From a virus: a DNA stretch of 64,000 nt. Both the position numbers and the translations under genes were made by a program. Below the pieces are notes generated by a model. It saw only the letters and a program-made list of their open reading frames with translations, did not search any database and was not told where the DNA came from. Of the stretch, positions 58,848 through 64,000 are shown piece by piece. The number at the start of each line of letters is the position of its first letter. Within the stretch, counting starts at the first letter, position 1. Location of the stretch: IMG/VR virus record IMGVR_UViG_3300030061_003198, one strand, 5' to 3'.

Positions 58848-60203
58848 CTACCCTAAACTTCCGCCTAGATCTTTAAACTTTTGTGCTAAATTTTTCTTAA
58901 CTAATGTTTCGCCTGTCTTCATTGTTTGAGTTGTTTGTCTACCTTGAGTAGTCTGCGGTTCAAAGAAATTAAACTGACCGTTATTTGTATTTATTTTACT
59001 TGGTAATGTAATACCATCTGGACCAAATCTGTTTTTAATAACATGACCTCTACCTGTTCCTGATAACTTATCTTCTACTTTTCTAGACAATGACATTAAA
59101 AAGTCAGCTACCATTACTTTACCATATGAAGAAGCAATTTTATCAGCTTCTATAATATCATCTTCCAATGCAGACCTACCTGCTTGAGATGCTGTCCAAA
59201 CTGGAATATTATATTCGCCTGCCATGCCTCTCATTTCTTCATATAATTCTTCTAATGCTTCATGCTTATCTTTTTTAGTATTAACCTTTAAAAGATCGCC
59301 ATAATCTACTACAATTAAATCTGGAGTATTTCCTAGCATTATAGTTTTTTCAATATGAGCTTTAATACCCATTACACCTGTAGATTTTGTTGGATAATAT
59401 TTTATAATCAACTCACCTGGAAGTGTTTCTAATTTTTCTTCTATATCGTCTGTGTGATGTTTTAAGTTTTGAGCTGCAATACCAGTTACTACACTATCAT
59501 ATCGTTGACCTACATAATTATCGTTTAATTCTAACGTATAATGTATAACTGTTTTTCCTTGCTTTACAGCATTAGCTCCAATATTAATAAGCATCCATGA
59601 TTTACCAATTCCTGCAGGAGCCATTACTACGCCTAATTCGCCGGGAGCTAATCCGCCATCCATTAAATCGTCAATTACATCCCATCCAGTGCTTATAGTA
59701 TGCCTAGCTGATTCGGTATATCTTGCTACAACATCTTTTTTATATTCATGGCCAATATCTGTGTCAGCTCCAGCTTTCATTGCAGAATCCATTTTGCTTT
59801 TTATTTCATCATAACTACCTAATTTTAGTAGTCCAACTGAATCCATAATAGCTCGCTTAATTTCTTGATTCTTACAAAATTTTAGTATTTCATTTTTTAC
59901 AAAGTCTAAATCATCTGACTCCATATATCGAAATACATCTTTTAATTGTTCTAAAATTGCTGCTTTAAGAATATCATTGTCTATTTCAGTAACTTTAACT
60001 TTTAAAACGTCTTTTGAAGGGGGCGTTTTATATTCTCGAAAATGTTCTATTAATATATCTAATAACCAACTATTAGCATCAGATTCAAAATAATCTGATT
60101 GAATAATATCAGCAATCTGTTGAAGAAATGTTCTATCCACAAACATAGCTGCCAAAACTTTAACCTGAAAAGACCATCCATACTCACTTAACTTATCTGT
60201 CAT
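58848..60203 (-). CDS. Replicative helicase (DnaB/T4 gp41-like)
   Basis: APAGIGKS, YTLE, VVDY.D, WTASQ, KNRFG. Confidence 0.95.
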   Translation of the reverse strand: MTDKLSEYGWSFQVKVLAAMFVDRTFLQQIADIIQSDYFESDANSWLLDILIEHFREYKTPPSKDVLKVKVTEIDNDILKAAILEQLKDVFRYMESDDLDFVKNEILKFCKNQEIKRAIMDSVGLLKLGSYDEIKSKMDSAMKAGADTDIGHEYKKDVVARYTESARHTISTGWDVIDDLMDGGLAPGELGVVMAPAGIGKSWMLINIGANAVKQGKTVIHYTLELNDNYVGQRYDSVVTGIAAQNLKHHTDDIEEKLETLPGELIIKYYPTKSTGVMGIKAHIEKTIMLGNTPDLIVVDYGDLLKVNTKKDKHEALEELYEEMRGMAGEYNIPVWTASQAGRSALEDDIIEADKIASSYGKVMVADFLMSLSRKVEDKLSGTGRGHVIKNRFGPDGITLPSKINTNNGQFNFFEPQTTQGRQTTQTMKTGETLVKKNLAQKFKDLGGSLG

Positions 60204-60208
60204 AAACT

Positions 60209-60237
60209 ATTATATAAAAAATAAATATTAAATCCAA
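60209..60237 (-). promoter_or_regulatory. Phage promoter TTGGAT-N17-TATAAT
   Basis: Recurrent motif. Confidence 0.75.
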
Positions 60238-60238
60238 T

Positions 60239-61288
60239 TTATTTTGTTTTTTGTGCGAAGGCACTCAATGATAACCATGTATTGTTTAACCAATCAGGCA
60301 TATTTTTCATAACGGACCACATCTTATCTTCCATAAATAGTTTTCTAAATTCTACTTTATTTAATTCAGATACAGTCGATTCCATTATTTTTCTAATATT
60401 ACTTTTTGTTTGTGCTGGAATATCTAATAGTTTTAGATTCATTAGTTTCCAATTGTCAGATATTATATTTTCATTATCTAATATCTTTTTATATGTTTTA
60501 GATTCATCAATGTTTTTGTTACATGTTTCCCAAAGATTATCTAATTTATATTCTTGTTCTTGATTCAAATTAGGAACATGTTTTAATAATGTCTTTGGCC
60601 CTATACCCATTACACCAGGAATATTATCTGACTTATCTCCTGTAAATGCTCTATATAATACATAGTTTTTAGGGTGTACTTGAAATTCATCTAATAATTT
60701 TTCTGTATCATACAATTTCTTTTTAATAGGTGACCAAATTTGAATTTTATCATTAATTAATTGATAAAAGTCTCTGTCAGTTGATACAATTGTTATTTTT
60801 TTACTTTTAGCTTCATACATTTCAGTAATATATGCAATAGTATCATCTGCTTCAATTCCATCCATTGATAAAAAGGTAACTGGTAATGCATCTAAATATG
60901 AAACTAATCTGCTGAATTGATGTCGCATAGCTTCTTGCTCATGCTCAATACTAGGCATATGATGATCATGTCTTCGTAACCTTGTTTTATTAACACGATT
61001 ACCTTTATAATCTTTGTAAATCTTTTTTCTTCGCTTAGATCCACCTACACCATCAAAAACAATAATACACCTAGATGGTTTAAAATCTCTAACACATTTT
61101 CCAATGCTATATAAAAATCCAGTAATGCCTCCTATATGTTCTCCATCTTCATTGGTAGATGGCGTTGCAGAAAAACTTCTAATAAAAGTATTCAGGCCGT
61201 CAAAAATCATTAAATGATCGTCAGGCCCTTGTGGAATACTTTCTTTTTCAATTTGAAGTTGCTTAAATAATTCTTGATATTTATTCAT
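60239..61288 (-). CDS. 5'-3' exonuclease / flap endonuclease (T4 RNase H-like)
   Basis: FDGLN, YKGNR, EADD, STDRDF, GDKSDNIPG. Confidence 0.95.
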   Translation of the reverse strand: MNKYQELFKQLQIEKESIPQGPDDHLMIFDGLNTFIRSFSATPSTNEDGEHIGGITGFLYSIGKCVRDFKPSRCIIVFDGVGGSKRRKKIYKDYKGNRVNKTRLRRHDHHMPSIEHEQEAMRHQFSRLVSYLDALPVTFLSMDGIEADDTIAYITEMYEAKSKKITIVSTDRDFYQLINDKIQIWSPIKKKLYDTEKLLDEFQVHPKNYVLYRAFTGDKSDNIPGVMGIGPKTLLKHVPNLNQEQEYKLDNLWETCNKNIDESKTYKKILDNENIISDNWKLMNLKLLDIPAQTKSNIRKIMESTVSELNKVEFRKLFMEDKMWSVMKNMPDWLNNTWLSLSAFAQKTK

Positions 61289-62445
61289 TATCCTTCTTCG
61301 TTTATAACTTCTTCATCAACTACTACATCATCAATACCGCCATCTACACCAGCACGATATTTAAAAATATATGCTTCGCAAATTCGATTGTACAATCTGT
61401 CTTTCATTTCTGTGTTTTCTATTACTTTTTCTATAAAATCTTTACTTTGAAATTTAACTGTACTTAGAACTTCTCCCGTGTCTGGATCAACATCGTCTAA
61501 TGAATACCAAGCTCCTGATTGTGAAACTAATTTAAAATTTTTCATGATATTTAACCAACCACCATAGTTGTCAATTCCACTATCATAATATATTTCATAA
61601 TCAATTTTTCTATTAGGAGGACCCATTCTATTCTTTACAACATGTACATTGGTTTTATTTCCAACAACCTGATCAGCTCCATTTACTCTAGCTTTAATCA
61701 TTCCGGTATTTTTCAAACGAAGTCTAACTGATGAGTGAAATGGTAAAGCTTTTCCTCCTGCTGTTGTCCATGGGTCTCCAAACGATACGCCTAATTTAGT
61801 TCTTAACTGATTAGTGAATATTAAACATATTCTTTCTCTAGCTATCCAATTGGTAACTTTTCTCATAGCTTTACTTAATATAATAGATTTAGAAGTTGCA
61901 TATCCATCCTTATCATATTCCATAGCCATTTCAATTTTAGTAGATGCACCCATGACTGAGTCGACTACTATAGTTACTAATCTATCTTTGTCAGACTTTC
62001 TAACATTTTCAACAATAGTCTCAATAGTTTCAAATATTTCTTCGATTGTTTCTAATGGAACATATAGCATAGTTTTTAAATCTACACCAATTGCCGTTAA
62101 AAATTCTGCGCTACTTGCTGATTCTGTATCGATATATACTGCTAATCCGCCTCGCTTTTGTGTCTCTGCTAAGGTATGAGCTGCTAACAAGGATTTACCC
62201 GAAGCCTCAAGTCCTGTTATTTCAGTAATTCTACCAACAGGAAAACCTCCATTTGGACGATTTGAAATAGCTAAATCTAACATTGAACATCCGGTAGATA
62301 TCCATTCATTAACATTTGTCGGAGCATCGGCATCTCCATCTAAGAAGAATGCCGATTTATAATTTTGCCCTTTAAATTGTTTATTAATGCTATCTGCAAG
62401 AGTTGAAGCTAATGAATCTTCCAGTTCGCTCTTTTTCTTTGCCAT
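61288..62445 (-). CDS. recA: RecA/UvsX recombinase
   Basis: GLEASGKS, YIDTE, VVDSV, NQLR, GGKALPFH, KNR. Confidence 0.95.
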   Translation of the reverse strand: MAKKKSELEDSLASTLADSINKQFKGQNYKSAFFLDGDADAPTNVNEWISTGCSMLDLAISNRPNGGFPVGRITEITGLEASGKSLLAAHTLAETQKRGGLAVYIDTESASSAEFLTAIGVDLKTMLYVPLETIEEIFETIETIVENVRKSDKDRLVTIVVDSVMGASTKIEMAMEYDKDGYATSKSIILSKAMRKVTNWIARERICLIFTNQLRTKLGVSFGDPWTTAGGKALPFHSSVRLRLKNTGMIKARVNGADQVVGNKTNVHVVKNRMGPPNRKIDYEIYYDSGIDNYGGWLNIMKNFKLVSQSGAWYSLDDVDPDTGEVLSTVKFQSKDFIEKVIENTEMKDRLYNRICEAYIFKYRAGVDGGIDDVVVDEEVINEEG

Positions 62446-62456
62446 AATAAACTTTC

Positions 62457-63233
62457 CTAATTATTGAATAAATCGTTAAATGCGTCTGCTACATCAGTCT
62501 TTGTTTCTGGTGTTTTTGTTGCAGTGTCTTTCGATTTTGTTTCAGTTGAAGCTGCTGGAGCAGCACTTGTATCAGAGTCAGCACTTTCTGGATTCATCCA
62601 ATCATTTAATGCTTGCTGTAATTCTTCATATGTCGGCTCTGGAAATAGATCTGTTATTTTAGGTTGATCTAATATTGATTTTGCAATTGCTTTATCTTCA
62701 GTAGCTGCAGATGTATTAGGTTTAACTCTAATAGCAGTCTTTGGATATTGTCCAGGTCCTTCTGATGGGGTAAATTCAATATCAATGTCTCTACCATTCA
62801 TTAAGTCTGTAATGTCGCCATAATCAGGATCTGCTATAATAGATAATAATTCAGAATAAATTGTTTTTCCGAATCCCCAAAATTTAACGCCTTCTGATTC
62901 TTTTCCTCTTACGATAACAGGAACATATGTTCTCATTTTAGGCTCAATTTTTCTACCCATTAACCAATCGTCTTTATCGCCAGTTTTCTTTAATTTTTCA
63001 GCAAACTCTACTACTGGATCTGCATTACCAAATGTGATAGGCGAAAGCATACTACGCTTTGCAATATCATAATGAAAATACATTTCTAAAAAAGGGTTTT
63101 CTTTGCGGTGAACGTAAGGGACTATTCTTACTCTTTGCTTACCAGGTTCTGGTCTGAAATAATTATTTTTTCTGTCGTTAGTCGTGTTTAATTGGTTAAG
63201 TTTCGCTCTAATGGCGTCTAAATCTAAACTCAT
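62457..63233 (-). CDS. Single-stranded DNA-binding protein (T4 gp32-like)
   Basis: VRIVP...NPF...FHY, FWGFGK, DYGDITD...GRD, acidic tail DAFNDLF. Confidence 0.88.
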   Translation of the reverse strand: MSLDLDAIRAKLNQLNTTNDRKNNYFRPEPGKQRVRIVPYVHRKENPFLEMYFHYDIAKRSMLSPITFGNADPVVEFAEKLKKTGDKDDWLMGRKIEPKMRTYVPVIVRGKESEGVKFWGFGKTIYSELLSIIADPDYGDITDLMNGRDIDIEFTPSEGPGQYPKTAIRVKPNTSAATEDKAIAKSILDQPKITDLFPEPTYEELQQALNDWMNPESADSDTSAAPAASTETKSKDTATKTPETKTDVADAFNDLFNN

Positions 63234-63339
63234 TGTTTTTCCTTTAAGTGTTTAATTGTTATTATTTGTTTTATTTATTAATTATATTATAAGTAATTAA
63301 TTCGTTAATTCAAAGTTAATTGTTTAATTTTTTATTTTA

Positions 63340-63834
63340 TTAATCCATTCGGCTACCAGGTGGATAAACCTGATTTGAAAAATTCTTATAGGTTGTTCCA
63401 GCTGTTCCGCTGTTTTTAGAATAATCCCATTTAGGAGAAGTAGTTCCCATTCCTGTAGAAGCTTGTATAAATTCGCCTAGAGTGGATATTAGAGTTACCT
63501 TATCACCGACATATCCTCCAATCATATACGTGTTATTTGTTCCTCTGTACATTCCATATCTTTTGAAAACTGAATCGGCATTCCCTGTTGCATTAAATGC
63601 ATTGATCATTTCTTGTTTTAATTTTCCCCAGGTTGTACCACCACGTACAGGAAATGAATCTTGATATTTACTAGGAGAATTAGCACTTGATAAAGAGTTG
63701 AGCCATTCTTCAAACTTATTATTTTCGCTAGTAGATTCAAATTCGTCAGGATAGCCATTATTATTAGAATCTAGATCTTGTTCATTTAAATTCTTGGTAC
63801 CAAACCTTCGCATATTTTCTTTTAATTTATTCAT
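63340..63834 (-). CDS. Putative internal head protein
   Basis: MNKLKENMRRFGTKNLNEQ leader shared with 18257..18808. Confidence 0.6.
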   Translation of the reverse strand: MNKLKENMRRFGTKNLNEQDLDSNNNGYPDEFESTSENNKFEEWLNSLSSANSPSKYQDSFPVRGGTTWGKLKQEMINAFNATGNADSVFKRYGMYRGTNNTYMIGGYVGDKVTLISTLGEFIQASTGMGTTSPKWDYSKNSGTAGTTYKNFSNQVYPPGSRMD

Positions 63835-63846
63835 AATACCATGTTC

Positions 63847-64000
63847 CTAATATAGATAATCTTGTAGTCGTTGATATACCCAATCATGCTCATTCATCAT
63901 AAGCCATTCCATTTGATCATCGTTTAATGGATCTCCATTTTCAAATTCAGCATATGAAATAAATGCATCTGTAAATTTTGGATATTGTTTTGGATCAATG
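63847..64000 (-). CDS. Hypothetical protein (partial, start beyond the window)
   Basis: Open frame IDPKQYPKFTDAFISYAEF...QDYLY-stop. Confidence 0.6.
   Translation of the reverse strand, partial: IDPKQYPKFTDAFISYAEFENGDPLNDDQMEWLMMNEHDWVYQRLQDYLY

Overview
AT-rich segment of a large lytic T4-like ('huge') phage genome, with essentially every gene on the minus strand. The host is most likely Bacteroidota (Flavobacteriales-like), judged from the Bacteroidota-type GroEL and ClpS and a T9SS-cargo-like protein. Layout by coordinate: (1) 245-810, a phased 22-bp iteron-like repeat array. (2) 1-16.9 kb, small early genes plus DNA ligase, HPRT, MoxR/vWA, HNH and ClpS. (3) 17-22 kb, probable capsid-packaged proteins sharing N-terminal leaders. 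(4) 22.7-25.4 kb, a lysis/envelope module. (5) 25.4-37.6 kb, a glycosylation island with a Gmd-ColD-ColC/Fcl (GDP-colitose/fucose) pathway and about 10 glycosyltransferases. (6) 38-64 kb, replication/recombination genes (clamp, clamp loader, PolB, helicase, FEN/RNase H, RecA, SSB, class II RNR, dUTPase), UvsE, PhoH and GroEL/GroES. The best candidate for an undescribed system is a 7-deazaguanine DNA-modification pathway: FolE2-QueD-QueE, a DpdL-like T-fold protein and a DpdA2-like transglycosylase, with no QueC in the window. A GT-B glycosyltransferase is translationally coupled between dpdL and dpdA, suggesting a glycosylated deazaguanine hypermodification. Other highlights are an ORF enclosed by a 14-bp boxA-like inverted repeat and 16 TTGGAT-N17-TATWAT promoters. 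All calls come from reading motifs by eye; no database searches were run.
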